Source: Octopus sinensis
Lineage: Eukaryota
DNA length: 64,000 nt
Direction of reading: 5' to 3'
Assembly (NCBI RefSeq): GCF_006345805.1
Contig: NC_043000.1
Span: forward strand, 33,976,001-34,040,000
Below are positions 1 to 12,679 of the stretch, one piece after another. A program made the position numbers and the translations under genes. Numbering within the stretch: position 1 is the stretch's first letter; each line of letters starts with the position of its first letter. Below the pieces are notes generated by a model. It searched no databases. It had not been told where the DNA came from and saw only the letters and a list, made by a program, of their open reading frames with translations.

Positions 1-98
1 GATGCACGCATCCTTCTCATTTTATATGAAATGCAAAAATAGCAGGCAGGAGTCTACCAACCTGGCTGATCATTGTCAGATTTGATAGATATCATTTC

Positions 99-159
<61 letters not shown>

Positions 160-584
160 CGTGTGTGTGTATGTGTCTTTTCTCTTTCCTTAAGGAATTA
201 GAATGACAATAAAAAAATCGTGTCATGAACCTCATTAGCTAAACAGCTGTTTCTGGTATAGTTGAATGCGCGAGTATCACCCTATGGTAGGATGATACTC
301 AAGCATTCAACTACGATCATATTATAGCAGAAAAAGCTGTAAGCTAATGAAGTTCATAACGTAACTGTTTATCCTTCTAATTCCTTCTTATTGCTCTCTA
401 TTCGACTGACGCTTTGTCCGGAAACATATGTATATCGAGTTCTTACACAAGGTTCTTAGTATCATTATGCCTAAGCGAAACATTAAAATTATATATACAT
501 GTATAATATATATATATAATATATATTATATATAAATATATATAATATATATATATATATATTATATATATATATATTACAGAG

Positions 585-790
585 ATGTGCTTGCATAGCA
601 AGTGACCTGATCTGAGATCGTGTGCTTGGAACGAAAACAATTGCAGCGTTGAAGGTGTTTATAAACCATTTAAAAACACACAAAAATCGTTGGATTCGCT
701 TCAACATTTAAATTTCATTCGTGTCAAAATATTTTCGTCGCTTTGAAACCGCGACCTCCTCACTGACAAAATTCCGTGCTGCATCTGAGC
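585..790 (-). mobile_element. Penelope-like pLTR fragment (family P1) with hammerhead-like motif at 722-768
   Basis: Homologous to 52421-52586 and to the inverted copy 791-929. Minus strand reads TGTCA GTGAGGA G GTCGC-GGTTTCAAA-GCGAC GAA AATATT T TGACA. Abuts a (TA)n array. Confidence 0.6.
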
Positions 791-929
791 ATTTTGTCAG
801 GGAACTGGTCGTGGTCTCAAAGCGACGAAAATATGTTGACACAAGATGAAATTTAAATGTTGAAGTGAATCTATAGTTTTTGTGGTGTTTTTAAATGGCT
901 TATACATACCTTCCACGCTGCAATTGTTC
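791..929 (+). mobile_element. Inverted partial copy of family P1
   Basis: Approximate reverse complement of 636-770; contains the degenerate hammerhead-like motif at 795-841. Confidence 0.65.
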
Positions 930-930
930 C

Positions 931-1005
<75 letters not shown>

Positions 1006-1565
1006 CAGTAGTGTAACCACCCATGACGAACAAATCAGCAGTATAAAAAATCAAATGCCAACCCCTTTAAAACGGCAACCACTTTAACAGTAGCAGAATC
1101 ACCACCCCACAACATCTTCACATTCAAAGCAGTTTCCCAACGGTCCTTCAGCAACAAGCAACACACTCTGATAAGCTCAGTGACTATTACTAAATTCAGG
1201 TCACGACAGACAGAGAGGAGTCTATTCCAAGTGGTAAACTGCACTAGCTCATAGCACCTACATACAGAAAGGTAGAGTGAGCCAGCGAGAGTGAAATAAT
1301 AGTGCTAAGGACACAATGGATTGTTTATGGCAAGACTGGCACCATCGAAGCTTAAACTGAGAGTTCCCGGTTCAGTAGAAATGGTTGGTCGTATTTTTCT
1401 GCTGCGTGATAAGATATAAAAAGGAAGAGTGGTAGGGGTGGGTGAGAAACAGTTTGTATGCGTAGAATTTTAGGCGTGTATATGAATCATGATTGCTTAT
1501 GCATATATGTGTATATGAATGTATGTGTGTATAAAGTATTTATGCATATGCATACACGCACACTC

Positions 1566-1596
<31 letters not shown>

Positions 1597-1921
1597 TACG
1601 TATGTTTATATGTGTGTGTATATATGTATAACTGTGAGTGCGTGTTATTCGGGGCTACATTTCCAGTTTGTGCCTATTTGTGGTTTGTTACAGACAAAGT
1701 ATAATGGAATTTTCCCTCTCTTTCTATTCTTCTCCCAATTACGTTTTCTCACTCCTCCTTCTCCCCTCGTTTTCCCCTCTTCTCCCTTTCTCTTTTCCTC
1801 CTTTCCTCTTCTTTCACTCATTTCGCCATAAACTTTTTTACATTCGGTTTTATCGTTTCAATCACATAAAAATTTAATGTTTTCTTCCCTACTTAAGTTC
1901 ATTTACAAGTTCTTCTTCTTC

Positions 1922-1953
<32 letters not shown>

Positions 1954-2037
1954 CTTCTTCTTCTTCTTCTTCTTCTTCTTCTTCTTCTTCTTCTTCACAC
2001 TAACACATATATTATGTTCTCTCTGTCTCTCTCTGTC

Positions 2038-2069
<32 letters not shown>

Positions 2070-2129
2070 ACATATCTCTTTGTGTGTTTATGTACTTCTC
2101 ACCCATGTATTTTTACGTAATTCACATGT

Positions 2130-2172
<43 letters not shown>

Positions 2173-2209
2173 ACTGACAAACGTACACACACATGCACAG
2201 ATATTTATA

Positions 2210-2375
2210 GGCGCAGGCGTGGCTGTAGGGTAAGAAGCTTGCCACCCGATTACATGGTTCCGGGTTCAGTCCCACTTCGTGGTGCCTTGGAAGAGTGTCT
2301 TCTTTAGCCTTGGGTCGACCAAAGTTGTGTGAGTGGATTTGGTCGAAAACAAAAAAATGAAAGAAGCGCGTCTTA
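2210..2375 (+). mobile_element. tRNA-derived SINE family B, 5' half
   Basis: GGCGCAGGCGTGGCTGTAGGGTAAGAAG...GGGTTCAGTCCC head (A/B-box-like), running into a (TA)n array; matches other family B copies. Confidence 0.8.
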
Positions 2376-2391
2376 TATATATATATTATAT

Positions 2392-2465
<74 letters not shown>

Positions 2466-2612
2466 GTATGTAGTATGTATGTATATATATATATATAATA
2501 TAATAAAATATATATATTTGTATGTATTTATGTATGGATGTATATATTATATATAGTATATATATATATAATGTATAGGTATATAAATTATATATATATA
2601 TATATATATATC

Positions 2613-2645
<33 letters not shown>

Positions 2646-2729
2646 GCATGTATTTAGATGTTGGTGTGTTACCTTAATTGTTTCCTTAAATATATTTATA
2701 TTATATAATTATCTAATGTCATCTTTCCT

Positions 2730-3647
2730 TTGATCGTGCTTTTATTGTTGACACGGAAGGTGCTTGCCCCAGCATGGCCTTACACATCATCACTCCACAA
2801 CCGCTCAACAATCATCATAATCTCTCTCTCTCATCCTTTTTCTCTTTCTTTTTCACCTTCCTTCTCTCTTCCTCTTTCGATCACCTGCTCTCTCTCGCTC
2901 TCTCTCTCTCTCGCTCTCCATCTTCCTCATTCCTTCCTCTCCCATCTGCCCCTTCCCTCTTTCCAATTCTCACGCACGCAATCACTCTTCTCCGTTGTTT
3001 TAGCCTGCCCAACCCCATTTTCAGACATCACCTCCACCTCTTATCTCTCTCTCTTCCCCCCACCAAATACCACCACCACCACCACCACCACCGCCACCGC
3101 CGCCACCATTCCTACTACCATCGACATATTGAGTTATGCCCGACAACCTAAGTTCCAATCCATCACAGTTGTCCATCAACCACATTCCATTGTTCACGGG
3201 AGAAACGCTAGCATCACCACCGCCACCACCACCACCACCGTCACAACCACCACCACCACCACCGTCACAACCACCACCACCGTGACCGCCACTACCATCC
3301 AACAACAACAACCAACCATTAGTCACCAGCAACCACTACCACCACCACCACCTTCGTCACCACCATCATATTGATAGCATCGTTTCCATCACCACCACCA
3401 CCACCACCACTACCGCCACTATGCCCCCCTCCCCCGTTGTTACTTGGGTCCACCTCGAGTCATTACAACCCACCCACCACACCTTTACCCTTACTGCCGC
3501 AGATTCTATCGTAATCCACCATCACCACCACCACCACCACCACCACCACCACCACCACCGATACAACCACCACACCAACAACAACAATACTATGCAAAAT
3601 TACCACACTACGTCCCATCCACACTCCCCCGCCCAACTATCACATTT

Positions 3648-3681
<34 letters not shown>

Positions 3682-3943
3682 CTATCATCGCTATCCCTGC
3701 TACTATTGACTTTTTCACCACCACCGCCTCCTCCACCATCATTACTAAAACCACACGCACCGCCATCGCCACCAACACAACCACTCAAGGCACGACCGCC
3801 AGCTGCACCACTACACAGCAATAAGAACAACAACAAAAGCAACAGCGCCTCGCCCTCTTTCTTCCTCTACCAACTAACCAACCGACCAACGGTGCAGCCT
3901 TCAGAAATTCCTTCTGCTAATAAAATAAGAGAATTGAAATTAG
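2730..3943 (+). other. Low-complexity CAC/CAT/AAC-rich segment ending at a strong 5' splice-donor-like site; possible exon or UTR
   Basis: Open frames 2730-3374 and 3421-3954 are mostly triplet repeats. AG|GTAAGA lies at 3943/3944. No recognisable domain. Confidence 0.25.
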
Positions 3944-4061
3944 GTAAGAATTAGCGAAATAACGGTGTGAGTACTACCATGGTGTGATGGAGGTGAGTGT
4001 AAGTGGAGCTGAAGTGATGGAAGTAATAATAATAATAATAATAATAATAATGATAATAATA

Positions 4062-4116
<55 letters not shown>

Positions 4117-4147
4117 TAGTAACAACAACAACATTAATAATAGTAAT

Positions 4148-4354
4148 ATTCCTTTCTACTAAAGGCCCAAGGCCTAAAAATTTGTAGGGAGAGGACTAGT
4201 CGAATACATCGACCCCAGTGCTCAACTGGTACTTATTTCATCGACTCTGAAAGGATGAAAGCAAAGCGAGTCTTGGTGGAATTTAAACTCAGAACGTAGC
4301 GGTAGACGAAATACTTCTAGCCCGGCGTGCTAACGATTCTGCCAGTTCACTGCC

Positions 4355-4356
<2 letters not shown>
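4148..4356 (-). mobile_element. tRNA-derived SINE family A, flanked by (AAT)n arrays
   Basis: Matches the GAGCTGGCAGAATCGTTAGCACGCCGGG...GAGTTCAAATTCC...GTAGAAAGGAAT consensus seen in more than 15 copies here. Confidence 0.85.
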
Positions 4357-4438
<82 letters not shown>

Positions 4439-4472
4439 GTAATAATAATAGTAATAATAATGATAATAATAA

Positions 4473-4955
4473 CATTCTTTTGTCTTGGCATAAAAGATGG
4501 GCTACAGCAAATATTCTGCTCAATACCACAGATTTGCTTGTCAGTTGTTTGACCGTAACCAGTTGAGCATGTCCCTTAGTGGCTGATGATATGTGCATCT
4601 CTGATCACGAGCAGAAGTAGTGGGGGAGCATTATAGTCATGTACTGAGAAGGATTCTTTGGGGTTTGAATAATTCACCTCTGGAAACATGGGCGTTTCGT
4701 TCAACGTCCTTAAACAACCCTTATTCAGGGACCTTTTGAATGGGATGGGTTACTCAACCAGAAGAAAATTCTAACTGGGCCCCACCTGCAAGGTCATGTG
4801 CTGTTTATCCTGATATGAGATCACCATGCCGCGCACATATGGTTGTGATGCATGCGCCTGGTGTACCTTATTAGATGAGTAGTCATGATGGGTATACTGG
4901 GCTTCGTACATTTTATCCCTGTATCACTTTGTTGGCATGCACTACTCTCTCACTC
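4473..4955 (+). mobile_element. Interspersed repeat family E with (AAT)n tail, probably a LINE 3' end
   Basis: Clearly homologous to the reverse complement of 16281-16525; ends in (AAT)n. Confidence 0.6.
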
Positions 4956-5036
4956 AATAATAATAATAATAATGATAATAATAATACAGAGCTGCGCTCG
5001 GTAGTGAAGTGAAAGCACGCTATAAAAATAAAACTA

Positions 5037-5094
<58 letters not shown>

Positions 5095-5180
5095 TTAATA
5101 ATAGTTTAAAATTCTGGGAGAAGGTCAACAGTTTCGGAGGGTGGAGTAAATCCATTACATTGATCCCGATGCTCAACCTG

Positions 5181-6480
5181 CCATACAAGATCTTCCTGAA
5201 TTCTAAGGGCAATTATCTTCCCCAATACTTGTTCTGCGACTCACAGTTGTATACTTAGAGCGGTGCCATTCACTATTGCCACTTTTGCCACTTTCACCTA
5301 CCTTTTAATAAATTCATCCGAAGACAGCATCTCCTTCTCCACCCTCACTTTCCTGGTCAAGTGAAACCTGAAAAAGTCAATGAGAACCTTGTCACAAATC
5401 CCCTATCTATTACTTAAGTGGAAAAGCACTGGAACAGCGCTGCTACGCCGCCGCTCGATCTTGACAGGCACAAAATAAGAATAATCTCATAATAGTCGAA
5501 AATCGGCACTCATGTGTGCGCATCAGACATTCTTGTCTCGCTAATGTCAACTATATCTATGTCGAGCGACCTGAGAACGTTGAGCAAGTGAACGTGCTTC
5601 CAAACTGATCGCACATTCCGCTCTCTGCACAGTCATGTTCGTCGGAGAAGAAAATGGGAATCCCGCTCACCATTTTCGCGAAGCTCGTATGTTCTGGACC
5701 TTTTTTTCGCTATCATCTTTTTTAAAATCCCCAACACTAGCAGGAATTCCCCCACCCCCAATTATTTTATACTCATCTTTCGGGATTTCGAGAATGAAAT
5801 CCTGACCTCCTCCCTCCTACGCCCCTCTGTCGTAATTTTATTTTTACTATCATTTGAGTATTCCATCAACTCACTTTTGCTTTTATTTACAACAGTGAAA
5901 TTGATGGAGATTTGTTTTTGTTGTCTGTTTTGGTCGTTGTGTATGGTCTGAGGATATGGCTTTTGTGTTGATTTTGTTGCGTCCTCGGAGTGGGGCCCGG
6001 TATCACCGTCCTCTTTCACTTTTCTCCTTTGGGGACTACTTGCCATGTTTCGGCCCGTTCTTCTTTTTCCATATCACTCGTTGTTGTTGGTGGCTTGGAT
6101 AGCGGGGAGTTCGGGCGGGGCTTCCTTTTCCGGACCACTTCGTGCCTACCCCTTGTTTGGGTTTACTCCTTTTTAATCCTACCTTTCTTGTCCCAGACAG
6201 TTCAATATCCTCCTTATTACCACTAGAGGTGTAGTAGGGGTGCTGACGCTCGTAGCTTCTGACCATATTCACGCTGGAGGTGTTGACCTCTCAGTTTCTT
6301 GTCGAATGTCGGCCCTCGGTTGCTAGTGTTACTGAGGAGGGCGCAATTTCGTTTGCTTCCACCTGGTTACTCTCCAAGCTGCTTCCTATCGCTCTTTGGA
6401 AAGAGCTGCAGCAGCATCTTTGCTCATATTCTCTGCAGCCTGTTGATGGTGGCGATGTTCTCTCACTGTTCCTGCTATCA
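5181..6480 (-). mobile_element. Decayed Tx1/L1-clade non-LTR retrotransposon with a large internal ORF2 deletion
   Basis: Minus-strand translation gives an APE N-terminus (NVRSVWKHVHLLNVLRSLDIDIVDISETR, about 5630-5540). An ORF2 C-terminus follows (LIDFFRFHLTRKVRVEKEMLSSDEFIKR*VKVAKVAIVNGTALSIQL*, about 5390-5245). ORF1-like basic fragments lie at 5762-6485. Confidence 0.7.
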
Positions 6481-6794
6481 TTCATTTAAAATTCCTCTTT
6501 CCTTCTCGCTTTTGTTACAGACACGTCATGATCCTGTGATTGTATTTCTGATAAATTCGGAAAAATATTTTTGACATTGCTTATGTAAAGCTATTTATGA
6601 GATTACTTCTGCGTGCGTGTGTGTGTGTGTGTGTGTAATCGAGATGCAAGAGTGAGGCTGGGCAGTAAAGGATAATTGGTGATTAGTTTCATATTACAAT
6701 ACAGTGTGAAGAGAATGTTATTGTGATTGAATTAAAATTTACGGTTGGGTGACTCGGGATCGAATGTTGACATTTTTAAATGAAGCTAAAAGTA

Positions 6795-6836
<42 letters not shown>

Positions 6837-7772
6837 ACACACACACACGTAGAGAGAGTCACACACATACACACGTGCGCACGCATTATCTGTACTAGAA
6901 CAAACTCTGCTGGTGTTGATAAGGAATATCTGTTGATGTGAGCGTTGATTCTAATGATGACGAGACCGAAACTATTTCCAACATTTTGTTTTCTTTCCTT
7001 ATTTTCAGACCCAAAATATTTTACTTTCCCCTCAATAATTCTCCGAAGGTTTTTATCAGTTTACGCTACTTTATTTCCAGAAATGTAGTCACAACGTCTC
7101 CTCCTCCCGCTCCTCCTACTTTCCCCCCCTTCCCCTCAAATCTATCATGGTTGGCACGACAGAAATATAGACTGAACTGTGTCATGTCACATAAGATAAC
7201 CTTCTTTCTCGTTTTGCTTTGTTTGTGTTTTATTGTAATCATTCCTTCCACAACTCGGTGCCATTCCACACTCTCCCTCTCCACCCCCGTCCTCAGCCAA
7301 TCAGCAGCGCCACCTCTCCCTTCTAGTTTTGCTTCCCCAGTCGACAGGAATGCAGCCGTGTTTCGAGAAACTTTATTTTTGAGTCATTTAGGTGTAGTCG
7401 TCAGCTTGGAATGTCAACCAATTGATGATAAGCCGAGATATTGAATACTGCTGTTGTTATATACATATATACACCTATATACATAATACATACATATATA
7501 CATATATCTGTTGATTCACCAGTAGCGATAAATTACGGGAAAAATATGCATTTTCAAAACTCAGAGTAACCCGTTACCGAAGATTGGAGTCTTTCAGTTA
7601 TGGTATAAATATAGGCATATGTGTGTTCGTGTGTGCGTGTGTGTGTGTGCATGTGTGTGTGTGTGCGCGCGTGTGTGTGTGTGTGAGTGTGAGTGCGTGC
7701 ATGTGTGTGTGTATGTGCGTATGCGTTTATATAAATATCTGCGCTTTTGTATGTACATATACATGCATGATG

Positions 7773-7810
<38 letters not shown>

Positions 7811-7842
7811 GCATACATATATACATATACATATACATACAT

Positions 7843-7909
<67 letters not shown>

Positions 7910-7963
7910 TATATATATATACATACATACATATACATATACATATATATATATATATATATA

Positions 7964-8196
7964 TAGAAAATAGTAAAAAGTGAAAAAACTACAGAAGGCT
8001 TGTTTTAAAAGGTTAAAAAATATATATTGAGTCAATATGTCTGAAGAATATTATAATTTTTTTTCTTTTCTTACAATAACATAGTTTAGAAGAAAGACTG
8101 GTTTCGCGTTTAGCTTTTCAAATTTCTTACGTCGTTATGTTTATGTTGAAAAGAGTTCTAGATAAGGGGAGGTTTTTCACTTTTTACTATTTTCTA
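7964..8196. mobile_element. Short element with 24-bp perfect terminal inverted repeats in a (TA)n context
   Basis: TAGAAAATAGTAAAAAGTGAAAAA at 7964-7987 and its reverse complement at 8173-8196. Confidence 0.6.
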
Positions 8197-8234
8197 TATA
8201 TTCAACCACGTGCTTTCACAAACCAATTTTCTTA

Positions 8235-8277
<43 letters not shown>

Positions 8278-8284
8278 TATATAT

Positions 8285-8425
8285 AGTGCGAATTTACAAA
8301 ATAAAAAAACAAAAGACAAAGCCGGGTGTGTAAACAACGAACAGGTGTATTAGTTTAACACTCGGGAAGTGAGAAAGTCTTTTACGTTTCGAGCCTACAC
8401 TTTTCGACAGAAAGGAACACATAAT
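8285..8425 (-). mobile_element. Penelope-like pLTR fragment (family P3) with degenerate hammerhead at 8379-8414
   Basis: Homologous to 35548-35740 and 57963-58145. Minus strand reads CTTT CTGTCGA...GCTC GAAACGTA AAAG. Confidence 0.65.
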
Positions 8426-8426
8426 A

Positions 8427-8463
<37 letters not shown>

Positions 8464-8489
8464 CTATCTATCTATCTATCTATCTATAC

Positions 8490-8549
<60 letters not shown>

Positions 8550-8604
8550 ATGTATGTATTTATGTATGTATGTATATATATGCATGTATGTATGTATGTT
8601 TGTA

Positions 8605-8712
8605 TGTGTTTATGTGCTTGTGTTTGTCCCCACAACATCGCTGGACAACCGATGCTGGCGTGTTTATGTCCCTGTAACTTAGCGGTTCGGCAAAAGAGAC
8701 CGATAGAATAAG
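8605..8712 (+). mobile_element. SINE family B, 3' half fragment
   Basis: TTTGTCCCCACAACATCGCTGGACAACCGATGCTGGCGTGTTTATGTCC...GCGGTTCGGCAAAAGAGACCGATAGAATAAG. Confidence 0.75.
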
Positions 8713-8716
8713 AGAG

Positions 8717-8847
8717 ATTTCGGATCTGGGTTCTCATTCCTAAGGTATTTGTCGATGAAATTATTATTAATATTATTCAGGTCACAGCCTGGAATCAAAC
8801 TCGGTATCTTGGGGTTAGTAGCCCGCGCTCTTAACCACTACGTCATA
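8717..8847 (-). mobile_element. tRNA-headed SINE-like family G, 5' part
   Basis: Minus strand reads TATGACGTAGTGGTTAAGAGCGCGGGCTACTAACCCCAAGATACCGAGTTTGATTCC (A box, CT-ACT-AA anticodon-like loop, B box). The body matches 27176-27300. Confidence 0.7.
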
Positions 8848-8880
8848 CAAAATGAGGACAAATATCCGTCAAATGTAGAT

Positions 8881-9045
8881 AGGGATAGTTTCCAATGCAC
8901 CTGTAACTACTGGGATACATTTTACCCGCACTTTCCATAGTCTCTGTAATTCAATGGCTAGGTCCCGGTACTTCCATATTTTTTCTCTACCTCTCATATT
9001 GACTTTCTCATCATTTGGGACTGTAAAGTCAATTATCTGGCTCTT
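8881..9045 (-). pseudogene. Fragment of the restriction-like endonuclease domain of an R4/Dong/NeSL-type LINE
   Basis: Translation IIDFTVPNDEKVNMRGREKIWKYRDLAIELQRLWKVRVKCIPVVTGALETIP fits the RLE PD-(D/E)xK C-terminal signature (EK..KY..LA.E...W.......P.V.GALG). Confidence 0.75.
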
Positions 9046-9164
9046 TCTTTCCTCTTCTTCTTCTTCTTCTTCTTCTTCTTCTTCTTCTTCTTCTTCTTCT
9101 TCTTCTTCTTCTTCTTCTTCTTCTTCTTCTTCTTCTTCTTCTTCTTCTTCTTCTTCTTCTTCTT

Positions 9165-9200
<36 letters not shown>
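9046..9200. repeat. (CTT)n then (CTA)n microsatellite
   Basis: Seen directly in the sequence. Confidence 0.95.
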
Positions 9201-9201
<1 letters not shown>

Positions 9202-9379
9202 CAAATCAGGCCTTCTAGCTTTTATTACCTTGTTAGTCTTAATGTTGAAGTCTCACATCTTATATTTCTTACTTTCTAGTACTTTTCTAGGTTCATGCTC
9301 ATAACATTTATCAGTATGGTCAAATCTTAGCTTCCTACATGACTCCCAGTGGATTTCTCTCCCTATTATCATCATCATT

Positions 9380-9421
<42 letters not shown>

Positions 9422-9444
9422 GATGATGATGTTAATTCAGTACA

Positions 9445-9480
9445 AACTAAAACCTGTTCTTTTTCTTTTCCAGGTGAGTA
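9445..9480 (+). promoter_or_regulatory. Candidate recursive splice site (acceptor immediately followed by donor)
   Basis: ACTAAAAC branch-like motif, then CTGTTCTTTTTCTTTTCCAG|GTGAGTA; AG at 9472-9473, GT at 9474-9475. Confidence 0.45.
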
Positions 9481-10179
9481 AATGCCGATTCTGTAACCTT
9501 GTTAATGTCATCGCGGTAAGACCTCCTCTCTGTCCTTAATTTTCAAATTTATTCTATCTATTTCTAGCAAATATTTTATTATTACTCAACTCCCATTATA
9601 AATTTGCTGTTTTCATTGATCTTGTGAAAAGAAATCAATATTTATCATCAATCAATGAGTGGACCAATGTCAAACAAACGTGAAGAATTCTCTTACATAA
9701 ATACTTTAACAAGTTTTGTGGGTTAGTATTGGTTATCGATTAGCTGCAGATTGACTGAGAGATGTAGAACTAACTCTAATATATCTTAATAAACTTATTT
9801 AAATATCTAAATGTGAAACCGTCTGGAATTCGAATCCTGACATGACCCTTAATGAAGAAAAAAGAAATGCTTGTAATGGAAGCAACGCTCGATCTGCTTC
9901 TAGAATTGTTTCGGCTTTCAGAAATTCCTTTCAACTCTAAGTCTGAGGAATTGGAAACTAAGAAACTGTAAATAACTTTAGCACTTACGGATTCTGTCTT
10001 ATTTCGTGAAATCCAGACTGGCATAAATGATTTATCTGAGTCTTCCTTCATCTTTCTCTAAATGTGTGTGTGTGTGTGCTTGTGAAGATTGATCAATAGA
10101 TAGGCAGGCAGGCAGGCAAGTTGATATGTAAGGGATTGGTAAATAGATTCTTAGGCACATATGTATTGATAGCTAGCTA

Positions 10180-10570
<391 letters not shown>

Positions 10571-12576
10571 ATATTCTTTCTAAAGTGAGTAGCTCTCTTC
10601 ACCATTTATTTAAACATGAAATCATGCATTGCAATCTTTCGCTCAGGCTGTATTGTCACAAGTAATACCTATAATATTAAATTGAAATTCTATATTGTAT
10701 AGAGATTTATATCAATATTGAAATCAATCATTTCTAAATATCTAACTTTAATAATACCAAATATGATTGCTTTATATCGAATTAGACTATTTCCCAATTC
10801 ATATATTTCCCCAAAGACTAAAAAGAAGTAGAAATACATTTTTCATAAAGTTATGACGTCTACATTCGATTAAGTTTCTTTTTAAATACCGGCGGAGTTA
10901 CCAGGCTGAAAATTAGATTAAGTTTTTAGTAAAATTTTATTTATAATCCATTGACTGACCAAATATCGAAGTCCGTTCTGTTTCTATGTTTCTTTATCCC
11001 TGAATTATATAATCGTTACTGTTGGTCAGACTGATGCTTATCAAACTTATGGTTATGTCAGTTACAACATATGAACAGAGATAAGGGTCTGTTGCCATTG
11101 AAAACTATGGATCTGTTGTTAAGATTATTATTTGCCATATTTGAATACTCCTAGCGATCGTCGTTAATAGATAGTTAATATTGTTTCCATGAGATTGTCT
11201 GTAGATGAGTTCAAATCCCGTCGAATTCACTTCCCCTCCAGGATCTATACAATAAGGTGCCAATTTAATCGACCGGACCCCTCCCTTCATGGTTATTGAA
11301 CTTGGACCTAAATGGGAAGGAATTATATTGTCTGTGGTCTTTGATGTTCTTTCAAATAGGATTTTCCTCACAACGTGCATTCTCCATCTATCACTTATAT
11401 TTCATTTCTTGTACTCTCTATATCCCCACTCTCACAGCGCATGCGCGTGCGCGCACACACACACACACACGCACAAATATACTTAGGTGTTATATTTATT
11501 CCACTGTTTATAGCTGTTTCCATAATATATGGTTGATAAATCATACAATAACTGAAGACATGAAAGAAAGCAACAGTACTGTCATATTTATTATATAATT
11601 TTTATTATATAATAATCCATCCTCAAGCCCAGATCATCTAGTCATAACCCACGTGACTAAATAAATACATTATTTATTTCATGTTGTGTCTGCAGGTTGA
11701 CATTAGCTCTGTCTTTCTGTTCATTGTGTTCTTACAGGAAAACACTTTTCTAGCCTCGTTGTTTATAGTACATACAATATGATTATAATATAATGTAATA
11801 TTATGCAATACAATTTAACAAAATGAAATTTACATTGGTATATGAGGAATTGTTCCACTCGCAATTTTCCGGTGTCTGTTATGATGACACATATTTCCGG
11901 AAATGTAACTCACATAGCTGTCCAATAATATCAAAACACTTACTCTATTAGAACTATATACAAGATGGTATCCAATGAAGCATGCAGAACTTGAGTGGTT
12001 TTCTTAAATTCAAAAGCAGGAATGCCTCGATACGTCTAAAAATAAGGTAGCCATAAATGCAACATTCCGATTGAAATTCCTTCGAATTCCCATTCAGCTG
12101 AGCAGATACTGTTATATATAACAACGTACAGAAACAATAGCATTGCGGTTTCAGCTGTAATTCTTCGATTTATAAGTTGAATGTTTTTAATTTGACAACA
12201 GCAGCATATATTTATGTAGAAACATTGAAAATAGCATCTCAAAATAGAAATGGCCGGATGAAATGGAATTGTTGAAGGCTAATACCTTCGTAAATCAGAA
12301 CTTGCCTTAAAACGGTTTTCTCAACAGTAACACTATATTATGATACTTCTATAATTAAGACTGATTACTTTAATGATTTTGACTGAAATCAGTTAAATGT
12401 AAATTGGATTGATATCTGCCAAGCTCTGAGAATTAATACATTGATATGAATAGCAAAAACTGTAAAAACAAATAAGCGATTTTCTTAAGAATTCACAAGT
12501 TTCACCTCTTAAAGATACGATAGTGTTTCACACATATGTAATATAGTGAATGTGGAACATAGACGCATACGCATTC

Positions 12577-12679
<103 letters not shown>

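Noticed and set aside
6950-6985. TGATGACGAGACCGAAAC and, at 9942, CTGAGGAATTGGAAAC
   Set aside because: Core-like words with no stem II or stem I pairing.
9776-10051. Minus-strand 91-aa ORF with an internal GTAAGT
   Set aside because: No recognisable domain, a weak acceptor and no partner exons.
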